Origin: Paecilomyces variotii
Taxonomy: Eukaryota
DNA: 64,000 nucleotides
Assembly: GCA_004022145.1 (NCBI GenBank)
Contig: RCNU01000001.1
Strand: one strand, 5' to 3'
The notes beneath the pieces are model-generated. The model was not told the DNA's origin. It did no database searches and was given only the letters and a program-made list of their open reading frames with translations. The translations under genes were made by a program, and so were the position numbers. Of this stretch, positions 49,526 through 62,700 are shown one piece after another (position 1 is the first letter of the stretch; each line of letters begins with the position of its first letter).

Positions 49526-52500
49526 ATGGGTTCGCCGCGCCCGAATAACGGCGATTTGCATCTCGATTCCTCTCAGATACCAACTGAATCTCAGTCCACG
49601 ATACGAAACCCGCTGAACGCAGAAGGTGCAGCGCAAGGTTTGCAAGACGATGGTTCAGCTCCAGCATCGGTTGCGCAGAAAGGGGATCAAGCAGACGCCA
49701 ACAGCCAGAGGGAGGGCCAAAAAACGCCAGACTCGGCCGAAGACGTCGTCCTGCCTCGAGATCGACAGCAGAAGACGCCCAGCTACAACTATGCCTACGA
49801 GAAATCTATGAGCCATGCCGAAGCCAGGCTCTTCTACCAGCGCCAACTGGCGTCGCGAAATGCGGAGAGCGAACCGCAGAGTCCGACACTAGCCGCTCGA
49901 GATGATTTGCCTAGTCGAGCACACTCGCGCATGAGCAGTCGGGGCTTCAGTGGTCCCAATGGTGCTTCGGAGGTGACTGCAGCTCCGTATGGGCCTCGAA
50001 CCTCTGCTCCTCATCCCGGAATGTTGGCAGGTTCGCAGAACACCACCTCGTATGCACGCCTACCTGCTGAGGTCTTGATAGCAGCTGATCAATCTGCAAG
50101 AAGCCATGCTATGCATCCCGGGCTTCCCCACGAGCACAAACCATACCTGTTAGCGACAGAGGGCATCCACGGAGCCGGTGCTGGTATTGGGGTTGGTCAA
50201 GGTGCTGGAGGCTATGCACCCAGTGACGAAGCGGTCACGTCGGAGTTGAGTCTGATCTGCCGTAAGATCCAAAACCTACTAGACATGCGAAATAAGTATA
50301 TTACGCTCTCACTGCAGGGACCTGGTCATAACCCCAAGGACCAACCAGGCTGGAGAATCTATCCTTCTCCCCCGGAGCCTGTCTGGGGAGATGACCTTAT
50401 CCGGAATGGACAAACTGACAAACCGCGCAAGAAGAGGAAGATGGGACAGGATATCGGTGAAGACTTTGATATGGAGGAATTGATGCCTTTACCCGGACCT
50501 TCGAACTTGACCTTTAGAGTAGATCGCAACAGTGTGTATCAGGTCTATGAAACGGAGGAGGCTGCAGATCTGGGCGAGCCGATTGTCCAAATTCCGTCCT
50601 TGCGGGATTTCTACATGGCATTGGATGCGATCATCGATGTCTCGACGGACGGGCCGATTAAGACGTTCGCTTTCAAGCGACTGTCGTATCTCGAGGGCAA
50701 GTTTCAGCTCCACACGCTGCTGAACGAATATCAGGAGGTGGCCGACAGCAAGAAAGTGCCGCACAGAGACTTCTACAATGTGCGCAAGGTCGACACTCAC
50801 GTCCATCATTCTGCGTGCATGAACCAGAAGCATCTACTTCGCTTCATCAAGAGCAAGATGAAGAAGTCCCCTGACGAGGTTGTTCTCTTCAGAGATGGAA
50901 AGCACTTGACGCTCAAGGAAGTGTTTGAGAGTATCAACTTGACGGCGTATGACCTGAGTATCGATACCCTGGATATGCATGTGAGTTCAGGCAGCTCTCT
51001 AGATTGTGTCTCTTGATTATTAACATGAGTCAAAGGCACACACGGACACGTTCCACCGCTTTGACAAGTTCAACCTGAAGTACAATCCCGTGGGGGAATC
51101 GCGACTGCGTGAGATCTTCCTCAAGACGGATAATTACATCAAAGGACGCTACCTAGCCGAGATCACCAAGGAGGTCATGTCCGATCTCGAGTCCAGCAAG
51201 TACCAGATGGCGGAGTGGCGTATCTCCATTTACGGAAGGTCAATCGATGAGTGGGATAAGCTGGCCGCCTGGGTCGTCGACAACAAGCTATTCTCGCCTA
51301 ATATTCGATGGCTCATCCAAGTACCTCGACTGTATGACGTGTACAAGTCCAGTGGGATGATGGAGACTTTCGAGCAGGTCATTACGAATGTCTTCCAACC
51401 TTTGTTCGAGGTGACGAAAGATCCCTCCAGCCATCCCAAGTTGCACATTTTCCTTGAGCGTGTGATCGGTTTCGACAGTGTCGACGATGAGAGTAAAGCA
51501 GAACGTCGATTATATAAGAAATACCCCATCCCGCGGGAGTGGGATACGAAACAGAACCCGCCATATAGCTACTGGATCTATTTCATGTTCGCCAATATGG
51601 CCTCTCTGAATACTTGGCGAAAGCAGCGCGGCTTCAACACCTTTGTCCTGAGACCGCACTGTGGTGAAGCGGGTGATCCCGATCATCTGGCGGCAGGATT
51701 CCTATGTTGTGAGGGCATCAGTCACGGAATTCTCCTTCGCAAGGTGCCGCTGCTACAGTATCTGTTCTACCTGGACCAGATCGGAATCGCCATGTCGCCG
51801 CTGAGTAACAACGCCTTGTTCCTTACATATGACAAGAATCCGTTTGCCGGCTTCTTCAAGAAGGGTTTGAATGTCTCTCTTTCGACCGACGATCCTCTAC
51901 AGTTCGCTTTCACAAAGGAGCCGTTGATAGAAGAGTATTCAGTGGCAGCCCAGATTTATAAATTCAGTGCTGTCGACATGTGTGAGCTGGCCAAACGTTC
52001 CGTCATGCAAAGCGGGTTCGAGATGGCTCTGAAGCAGAGATGGCTTGGAGCGGACTGCCTCCTCCCTGGAGTAGCAGGGAACAACGTCGCCAAGAGCAAT
52101 GTGCCTGATATCCGCGAGGCGTACAGACACGAAACCTTGGTCGGGGAGATTTCTCTGTAAGTTTCCCAAGCTGCATTCCGTGGTCTTCAAAGTCGTTGCG
52201 CTGTTACTGACCACACCAATTCAGCATCGAACGATATGCGGCGTATACGTCTCCGAATGTGCCAGGAACGCCAGCTAAGGAGCCCCCCCGTCAGCCGTTC
52301 AACCCGAATGTCTCTCCGCTATTTTCGGCTAAATCCGCCGCAGCTACCGGTAGGTGTCAGTGTTCACATGGCATTCTGGCTGTCGCTTATTGACATTGTA
52401 TCCCAGGTACTCCTCCAGTGGTGGTAGGAGATTCCGATTCTCCTATCAACCTGCACTCCCAATTGGCCGGGCTGAATATAGACACGGGCAGCACTACGAA

Positions 52501-52804
52501 CGACACTAGAACCGATACTCGAGCTACGAGTCCGATTCCCCAAGCCTGGAATGCGGGCCAGGATGCTAGTTTCGCCATGAGTGGCAATGCCGCCGCAGCC
52601 TCAGCTGCGGGATCTGGTCCCAGTAATGTTCCGGAGCAGAAGCTCTTCCCTGGGATCGTCCACGAACGTGCCAGGAGGAGCAGCATGATGACCAACGCAT
52701 CTGCGGCGGGGGAGAGGCCCAAGCTAAAGAGAGATAAGGACACAGACAACGCCAACGAGTCAGCAATTGCTTATGATTACGCGTGGGAAAGCGATGACGA
52801 CTGA
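49526..52804 (+). CDS. AMD1: AMP deaminase
   Basis: [46 protein letters not shown]; introns near 50981-51035, 52157-52224 and 52349-52407. Confidence 0.96.
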
Positions 52805-53950
52805 GCAACTAATACCTATAATACATGGCGTTATCGATTCCCCAGGCACTTACTCTTACTATAGTACCATAGAGTTATTGCTATTATTAGATACTGTTGC
52901 ATTAAAACTAAAACCTAGTCACATCACGCGAAGAGGAAAGAGAGGGAAAAGAGAAAAAAAAAGTTGAAATAATAGATGCAAGTCTACAAAATTGACTACA
53001 TTGAAAGCAAATTCCTGTACATAATACATCTTTTAAACATGAGCATGCATGTAACATATTTCATTACACCTCGTCGCACTTTTCGACCCTCTAAAGCGCA
53101 TGACTCACTCTACACCTTCTCCTCGGTTCTCCCCTTCCTCACCGCCGTCGAATGTCATCGCGTATAGCCATGTTGGGGGCCAGAGTCAAAATACGAGACG
53201 CTGGGTAGAAGGAACAACGCCGGACTACCGTAGACTAGACTAGACCAGACTGGATTAGACTAAATCGGAGACGATGAAACAGCGGAATGATAATTTTGTC
53301 TCTGGAGGGGACAGACGAAAGTACTACTAGTAGTATCATATCATAATTATAGATCCAGGACGGATAGTTGAACTGTATCTTGTTACGACGTCAGTTCGAG
53401 CACTGCTAACAGAGTAGTTAACTTAGTAGTCCGCGATTCTAGAATTAGTTAAGGCACGGACTAAGTACAGAGTAGTTAGGCTACAGACTATAGAGTAAGT
53501 AGATGTCAAAATAGAAGAATTTGTCATAGATAATCTTCTACTGAAATTATTTCTTCCAGGAGATTCATTGATCGAGTCGAATGTGGAATTGTATAGTATG
53601 TATGTACATCCTTCGATCAGGGATTCCCGACTCAGAAATCCCGCCAAGATGTAACAGATATAAATCCAATAGTCCTGGATCCTGTGTTGCGGTTATTATT
53701 ATTGCAAGGTGCTCCTCTCTTACTAACTAGGAGTCTTGAAACATTGTGTAACGTTCAGACGAAATTGTCATATACCTTGTTCTTGTGATACTAACTGGTC
53801 GCGAAGTGTTATTTTGGAATTGATCATTGATTAGTTAGTAGCTACAAGCTATGTTAGCATTTACTCTAGAAATAGGAAGAGAAGGAAGATTTCTAATAAG
53901 AGGCATATCATATCTGGTAGTCTAATGATGCAGTTATATTCTTTGTTCTA

Positions 53951-54363
53951 CGGAGAAGTGCATCAAAATTGACTGCCAACGCTAGTAATCATGCTAGTAT
54001 GCAAATTACACCCCTATCCCCGAGGAAACACCAGGTCTCGCCCTCTTTAAATAAGGATATTGCTTCTGTTCTTAAATAAATATATAACTTATCGCTCCAG
54101 AATATCTTTGTACTTATAATCATCTTGATATAATATATTATTAAGCCGAAAAAGAAAAAGAAATATGGGAAGAATATAGTAAATTAAGGGGGCTATTTTG
54201 GTATACAAAAGCTTTTACAAATTTAGTCCTTTATCCTTAAGTAGTTTAGATAAACAAAACAATTTCCTAAAACATCTCCAGAATCAAAATATGTAATTAG
54301 TAATACAATGGTATTTATCCTGTTATTACTAGCGTTGGCAGTCAATTCTGATGCACTTCTCCG
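53951..54363. mobile_element. MITE / non-autonomous Tc1-mariner-type element (413 bp)
   Basis: 39-bp terminal inverted repeats (53951-53989 and 54325-54363, one mismatch) starting CGGAGAAGTGCATCA; TA on both sides; AT-rich non-coding interior. Confidence 0.9.
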
Positions 54364-56798
54364 TACAAGCGATAGATAAGCATAGCCGACTTCTTTAATT
54401 AGCTAGGGTTGTTCTATACGGAGTATATTAGCCAGTGTTATGATCGCCCGCTGACAAGGACTCGGGGAAAACTCGCTACTAAAACAGAAGTCCCGCATGG
54501 AATATGACGACAGAGATTGTGAGCGGTTGTTTCAGGTTTGTTGTTGGTCACTTAACCTGTACTACCTAGCTTATTCGAACATTCAACAGCGTTGTCTGTT
54601 GTCCTCTTTGTGGTAACTATTTCCTAGATAGAGTAAGAACTATACATGGAAAATTTACTTCGTCTAGTCAGTTATGTGATTTTCAGTTCTCCTTTGGTCT
54701 GTGCTCGTTGTTGCACGCGAGAGAGGATCATGGAACATGCGTTAACTGTATTACTGTCTATTCCAAATAACTAAACAGGTCCTGCTAAGATGGACCTTGG
54801 AGAGGGATATCGCGCTGCAAGCCTGCACGTCGACCGATGCAGTAAGACCTAGGCTGCGCTGGCATTTGACTTTTCTGTGGGCTTCGAGCCACGCGAGCAC
54901 TTGATAAAGACGTGTTCTGGAAGACTACTCGATGCACAGTTAAGAGTGCATGTCTTGGATGTTAGCTGTCGGTCCACGATTCCGATAGTTTCGGAGGAAT
55001 TTGTACGGTGCCACGGTCAGATCCATAATACTCCGTAGCTCAATAGCCTTATGATAAGCTGAACTATAACTATAGGGCAAGGGGGGGCGTTTTTTGGTCA
55101 AGGCTTTGATCCGGACAGGGTTTCTCGTATCGTTAGAGTGGTGAAGAGTATTAACAGTGGGATTTGGTCCTGGCCTTTGTCGCGGGGAGGGGTTGATGCG
55201 AACCCGGGCCAGGAAAATATCCTTGAGACGCAAGGGATGGTGATGAGGGCGTTTCCAGACTGTTCGGATCAAGCCAGATGCAATGACCAGTCAATTCTCC
55301 TAGGGCATGAACACGCGGCGAGAGTTGATGGGAATATTGCCTGCATGGACAATGTGGACAGCTCGGTTTACGTCTGTTACTGCATCAGTGCCTGCTGGTT
55401 GTATGTAGTGTAAAGTATTCAACCTGCGGCCTGAGGCCAACTGCCTTTCCTTTTTCGTCCAGTGAAATACCTCAACTTCAACCTCCTTCTGCTCCGGCCT
55501 TGCTTCTCTCAACTATCTATCTTACGATACATCCATTTCTTCTTATCTCTCGACAGCTGTATCCTCGGAATACTCCTCGTATCGCTTCCGCCAGTACGAT
55601 GGCAGGAAACACAGGACGTTTCTACAAGCGCTGAGGCTCGATGGCCGGTGGGACGGTCTCCTTACAGATCTGGCGTATTCGCTGGACCTCGCACTACGAC
55701 TAGCCAGGCCCTTCGGGGCCACAATGGCACAAGCGACGGGCACAGACTCAACCAGACAGACAGTTCATCGGACAGCGCTAACGAACGGCGAATCCTCCGT
55801 ACTCCAGCTTTTCCTTGGAGAAGGTTTAACCCACCCAGGGGCGGTTGAACAAGCACGGTAAATCGAGTGGGGAGTGATCCTCCCGCCACTTTCTGCGCAA
55901 TAATAATACCAGGATAAATAACTTTGAAGTTTGACGCCCTTTCGGTGGAGACGCAGGTTCGCTCACTAGAGGGCTGTCATCGAGGAGGTCCCGCCGAGCA
56001 TGACGCCCAGCTTTTTCGATCGCTGCGAAGTGACAGATCCCAAAATAACCCTCGATTGGAAGTTGTTTTCGCCAGTCCCTTCCATTGGCGGTTCTCCATT
56101 CTGAAACAGAACGGGGTGGTGGTGCTGACGCTGTCTGGCTCCATTATTAGAGCGCTACCGCCAGAGCTTTCCCTCTGCGACAAAGGAGCCCAACAGCAAA
56201 CAGCTCATCACGTCTCACATCCAGTATCTCCTGTGCAGCGGTGGATCTTGCAGCTCAAGCGCTCCTCCGTGCATCGGCGCGTATTCCCAATTTCCCATTC
56301 CACCCGTGGGAAGACCATGAGGGCGCTGTCAACAGTCAAGAAATCATAGACCCGCTGGTCCAGCACCACGTTCGTATATAATAATATCATAGCCATCCCT
56401 TCCTGGTTTTTGCTTTTCTCGCCTTTTCCCATGTATTATTATCGAAAATCTTCCCTCGCATGATGATCTAATCAATTCCATTCTCTCCCAACTGTTACTG
56501 TTGGCTGTGACCTGGAAGCACAGTTCTTCTCCGGGCTCTTTTCATTGTACCGTTGCTGGAGCTGTGTTCTGGTTTTCTTCATAACCGATTGCCTCGCGTT
56601 TTGACAGCTTATGATTCTATTTCGGGCTTTCATTTATTAACTTCAATTCCCGATTTCCCAATTGCAAACACGTCGCGTGCTCTTCTAGTAAAGGGTTGAT
56701 CTTTCTATTGAACTACGAAAGGGTTCGCCAATTCGCTTTCTATTTACGGGCCTCGACTGCCATCAGTTCCAACGCTTTGGAAAGAAAAATCAAAGAGG

Positions 56799-58938
56799 AT
56801 GGTGACCGTGGAACCAACAGATGAAGAGTTCGACTCTCTTCCACCGGCGGTGAGACGAAAGGTATGTATATACTTTTCTTGCACTATTACGCCCCCAACG
56901 GAATTCGGCAATCATGCAGGTAGCCTAGCAGCTATCGCTATTCTAGTCCATCGTTTGAAATGGCCATGGTTGTGTCGTATTTCTGTCGGCCATCCTTCGC
57001 ACTACGTTGATTTTAGTTTCACTGCATTTCTCCGGCGCTTAGTTATTATTCTCGATGCTGTCGAATGCGCCACCTTCCTGAGATAACTACCCTCTTCTTT
57101 TACCGTGTTTTGCATTGTTTGTTCATGATTCCCTTGTCCAAAGCTCTGCGCCAACGACTCAGTAGTAGTCTGAGCGCTGGATCTGTGGGGATTGCCAACA
57201 CATCATGGCGTTGTGAAAAGGGGCGAACTATGCACACTATGCACAGCATGGAAGCTATAGCACGTTTGGGGTTTGGCTTATCGGGCCCTGGAGAGACCGA
57301 TATCCACTGATCCCTGAACGATTTGGCTATCGGCACAGCAACAATCCCCACCCTGCTCCCCTGAACCTCAACTCTATTCGCATTCTATGCTTGACTATCG
57401 ACCACGGGTTCCTGGATCGCCCGACTGCGGCAGATAGTCTGGGGGCCTTCGGAACGGTCTCGCGGGCTCGTATGCAGACGTTGCAGGAAGGAATGGCCGT
57501 GGAAGAACCGCCATGGCCACCGCCGGTCTCAGATCGGACTCAATAATCGTACATTGCTAACGGGGGACCCTCTTTACTATAGTTTTTCTCGAACCTTGAG
57601 CGTCTACGTCTCGAGCGAATGCGATTAGAGCATAGCGATCCGAGCTTTGACCAGGACCATTCTTCAGGAGTATTTGCTGCCCATTATTTTCAGCTGCGCA
57701 GATCCAGTACGACTTCTCGCGTGAATACTTCTCCCAAGAAGCGCGGTTCACAAAGAGGTCGACGGCTTCGCAAGGCCGAATCCGCCCAGGCAGCCTATCT
57801 TGCAACTCGGGCCGAATCTTTGTGGTTTCATTCCTTACCTCCGAAGGTCCAACAGAAGCATTTCTCGAAAGAAGAACGAATCCTCTTTCGAAAAGGTTAT
57901 CGCAATACCGTGATTCTCGACGCTGCCGACGAGGCGCTGTGTAGACTCGAGCAACGACGCCAGACCAAACGGTCGTTGAAACTGTCTCAATCAGAACCAT
58001 CCAGCGCGCGAAATTCAATCGTATCTCAGGCCTCTCAATCCCCCGTTGACTCGGCCATCGACATGGACAGCGCTTTCATTGACAGTAGCCGTTGGTTGGA
58101 GGGAGATGGAGATCTTGATCTCTCGCTGTACGACTACCACAATCATGTGGTCGACACCGTGCCCACCAGCGAGAAGCCACCTCGCAGGCGAGCTACCTTC
58201 CGGCGAACATTGTCCACCACCTCAATGCATCTGAGCCGGGCTTCAACTTCCAACATCCACACTAAAGTACCTGGGTCCAGCCGGTCAACCACTGCACCAG
58301 CTCCATTCGCAAAGCGCATGCACCGTGCTTCCACCTCGCGTCCTGTATCCAGCCATCCTACTACTTCTCGCCATATCGCTCGCGGCTCCGTTTCGAGCAT
58401 CGAGCCCGGCGCCCAATACTACCAAGACCCAGATGCTCGCTTGAAACTGAGAGTCTATCTGGCATCACCGCAGAAATTTGACGAGGCTGTCGAGTTCGGG
58501 TTCCCTTCGCTAGAAAGCAAGGAGAGCGCCCGTACAACAAAATTGGCAGAAGACCGCAACCAGAAACCTGACGAGCCCCACGGCATCGTCACAGAGGAAG
58601 ACAGCACTTTCGGCGTCGAGGACACGCTCCACAGTCGAAGAAATTCGATATCGAAACCACTTAATTTGCAGCGCCTCTCTCGACGGATACAACCTGTTCC
58701 TGTATCGGGGAGCAGAGCGCCCGGTCACAACCGGGAGATGACATTGAAAATGACACTGACGAGACCGGATCTGCGGACGGACTCGCCCGTTTCGCCGTCG
58801 ATGTCAGAAGAGGCGGACGATCCCCTCAAATTGGCTGATTTACCGCCGGCAGACCAGAACTCGGTGGTCTGGGACTCACAACAAGATGAGCGCGGTGTGA
58901 TAAAGAAGGTGTGGCAGAGGCTTCGAGGAAGAAGCTAG
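56799..58938 (+). CDS. Conserved fungal Ser/Arg-rich protein of unknown function
   Basis: Exon 1 ..SLPPAVRRK spliced across 56862-57582 to FFSNLERLR; blocks YYQDPDARLKLRVYLASPQKFDEAVEFGFPS and REMTLKMTLTRPDLR. Confidence 0.8.
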
Positions 58939-59780
58939 GTTAACTCTGGGTCTGTGCTCTGTCTGTGCTCTGTCTGCAGCTTTAGACCGTGTTCTGTTCT
59001 TCTGTCTAGACTCTAGAGACTCTAGACACGCCCTACATGCCGTTGTCGCCACTATCATTCCTCTCTTCTCCCCGACATCCCTCAGGTCTCTGTCCGTGCA
59101 CACGCTCAGACAGACCACCAAACCATTGATGACATGAATGAAACTGTACAGGCATTTCTTATTCTATTCCTACCATTGTGCAGCCGGGGTTTTCTGTTTA
59201 GGACTTGGGAGCTTTTCTGTTTTGCCTGTTTGTCTGTTGCTAGCGTGGTCGTTTAGGGATCTTGTGCAGCGCATAGTAAAGTATCCAATACCATCTATCT
59301 AGGTATCTTTAGAAAGAACCAATCAATAGGTCAATCGATCAACCAAGGATTCATCAAGCTATTTGAGAAACCGCATGGAGTCTGCAATCTATCTATATAG
59401 ATATAGAAATATGGAAACCTGGAAATATGGAATCTCTAGGCGTCTCCAGACTTGACGCCGTGCCATTTCTGTGCGTGCCTGAATAAGGCATGTCGTCCTC
59501 AGCTGGCACGTGACATGGAGCTTAGGACACGCTGGAGCTCCCATCGAGGCAACAGCTGCGATATCAAAACATCAGCTTCATTTATTTCCCGGAGAGTTTG
59601 CCACCATAGCCAGCCGAGTGTAAGTGGTCCTGTTCCTGTTTGAGTATTCAGAGTCTTGTCTCTCATTACCTTCCATCTCGTTGCAGCCAGCTAACATCTC
59701 CCGTTGCTCCAGCCCGCACCTATCCGCGCGGCTAGCTGTTCTTCCTGATATCCTTCTGTGATGCAGGTCTAATAACGGCC

Positions 59781-62700
59781 ATGATTACCCGCTGGCTTCT
59801 CCTTGTGAGCTGTCTGCTGCTGGCGCTGGTCGCTCAGCCTAGCACGGCAAAGAAGTCCGATGGTCCTAAGATAACGGCGACACAATTCGACCATGAACCC
59901 ATCAACCTGTTCTACTTCGAGGACAGCGACACGGTGATATTCCAAGATGCCGACACCAGTGACATATACCGATCCTTCGACGGAGGTGAAAAATGGGAGG
60001 TCGTCGACGATGAGGATAGCAAGATGAAGGGCAACGTCTGGACGGTCATACCGCATCCCAACGACAAGACAAAGGCCTATATCCTGGGAACCCAGGGGAG
60101 GCATTGGGTCACAACCGACCAGGCAAAGACATGGCGCCCCTTCGAGCTATCAGTCATACCATTGCTGATGCGGTCACCCCTCTCTTTCCATGGTCGCGAT
60201 TCCAACAAAGTGATCTTCCAGGGTGAGGAGTGTGCCGGGTTCCATTGCTTCCAGAGAGCATTCTACACTCGTGACAACTTCCTCACAGTTTCGCCTCTGC
60301 GTGATGGTAGCCACATGTGTTCCTGGGCTGTGGGAACGCCTGAGTTTGCCCGTGACTTGGAAGCCGCCGATGAGATCGAGGACCGCGTTCTCTGCATCGT
60401 TCCCGGTTTGAAGGTGCCTTACGTATACGCCAACCGTCTTGTCTATTCAGATGACTACTTCACGACTGACGAAGAAGGGATCGAGGCGAAGCTCGATCAA
60501 GGGAGGCCGATCAGTGGTATCATCAGTACCGCATCGGTCAAGAAGTATCTGGTGGCCGCCGCCAAGTCGCAGGGAACAGATGAGCTTGCGCTGTATGTGA
60601 CGGATGACACAAAAGTGTGGCATCGGGCAGAGTTCGGTGACCACAAGCTCGAGGAGGATGCCTACACGGTTCTTGAGAGTACAAACTACAGTATCCAGGT
60701 GGATGTCCTGACTACACTCCCCACCAGCGGCATGGGTGTGCTATTTACCTCGAACTCCAACGGTACTTATTTCACCCGCAACATCGAGCATACAAACCGG
60801 AGTCCCGGGGGATTGGTTGATTTTGAGAAGATCGCCAACATTCAGGGTATCGTACTGGTTAACGTTGTTGACAACTGGGAGGAAGTGGAAAAGACAGACG
60901 CTACATCCAAGAAGATTGTCAGTAAAATCAGTTTTGACGATGGCCGTACATTCCAATCACTCAAGGTTGGTGACAAGTCGCTACATCTCCACTCTGTCAC
61001 TGCCTTCGCCAATGTCGGTCGTGTCTTCTCGAGTCCTGCCCCTGGTATAGTCATGGGAGTAGGCAACACTGGGGATCATCTTAAGAGCTATGAATCCGGC
61101 GACCTTTACGTATCTGATGACGCAGGTGTCACCTGGCGCAAGGCTCTCGATGGATCGCACAAGTACGAGTTCGGCGACCAAGGTGCTGTTATTATGGCCA
61201 TTCAGGACAAGGAGAAGACGGACAAGATTCAGTTTTCTATTGACCATGGGAAAGAATGGGAGACTGCCGAGTTGAAGCACAAGATCCACACCAGGCTGCT
61301 TACAACGACCCCCGATTCGACCAGCCTGAAGTTCATCTTGGTCGGCGCTGTGGAAAAAGACCTCAACAGAGAATGGATTGTCTCTTCTATCGATTTTGGC
61401 GGACTCCACGAGCGGAAGTGTGGCAAGGATGATTTCGAGAAATGGCCCGCACGATTGGATGAGAATGGAGAGCCGGACTGTCTCATGGGCCATAAACAAT
61501 TCTACCGCCGTCGCAAGGCCGATGCCGACTGTTTCATTGATGAGGAATTCAAAGACCCGGAACCTATCTTTGAACCCTGCAAGTGTACTATCGAAGACTT
61601 TGAGTGCGATTACAACTTTGTCCGCAGCGAGGATAGAAAGAAATGTATCCCTGCCAGACCCCTCGTCCCACCGAAGGGGGCATGCCAGAAGCCTAGTGAC
61701 AAGTACGTGGGCCCGTCCGGTTGGAGGTTGATTCCAGGAAACGCCTGCATAAGAAATGGGGGTGAGAATCTCGACAAGGATGTGGAGCGCTCTTGCGATG
61801 AGGCAGCGACAGCACCCGATGGGGCAGTCAGTGCGACAAAATACGTCTTCGACGCGCCGCGATTCGGTGATTTCTATTATCTGGAGAGGGCGCCCACTAG
61901 TGGTGGAGATGACGAGACGATCGTTCTAGTTACCAGTGACAACGAACTCTTCATCACACACGACCATGGCAAGAACTGGAAACGAGCCTTGGAAGGCTCG
62001 AAGATCCGAGAGATCGTACCTCATCGCTACTTCAACGATCATGCATTCTTCCTTACAGATAGCAAACAGGCCTTCTGGACGGTCGATCGTGCTCATCATC
62101 TTTCCGAGTTTGAGGCCCCAAGTCCCCCAAACAAGGACAGAGTGCCGACCCTTGGCTTCCACCCACAGTACAAGGACTGGCTGATCTGGACTGGGCATGC
62201 TTGTACCGGACTTGGCTGCAATTCCGTGGCTTCTATCACCAAAAACAGAGGCGCCAAGTGGGAGCTTCTCCTCCGTGGTGTCCGCAAATGCGATTTTATG
62301 GCCAGGGATGATCGCAAAGACAGCGAGAATCTCATCTTCTGCGAGCAATTTGAGAACGAGGATCCAGACAACGGCGCTCTGCAGCTCGTCTCTAGTGACA
62401 ATTGGTTCTATGAAAGCAAGGTCCACTTCACTAAGGTTGTTGATTTTGCTACGATGGAGGAATTCGTCGTCGTAGCTGCGCGGAACCCCGAGAACGAGGA
62501 GTCGCTCAAGGTGGACACCAGCGTTGACGCAAGAGTCTTTGCTGATGCCGAGTTCCCGCCCAACTTTGATGTCCCTGTCCAGAAAGCCTACACGGTTTTG
62601 GATAGCTCGACACACGCTGTCTTCCTGCATGTGACTGTGAACAACATGGAAGAACGTGCCTATGGATCGATCATTAAGAGCAACAGCAACGGCACCTCCT

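Noticed and set aside
54940-56432. Several 70-140 aa ORFs between the MITE and the Ser/Arg-rich gene
   Set aside because: Mostly non-ATG starts and no motifs; likely promoter or UTR sequence.
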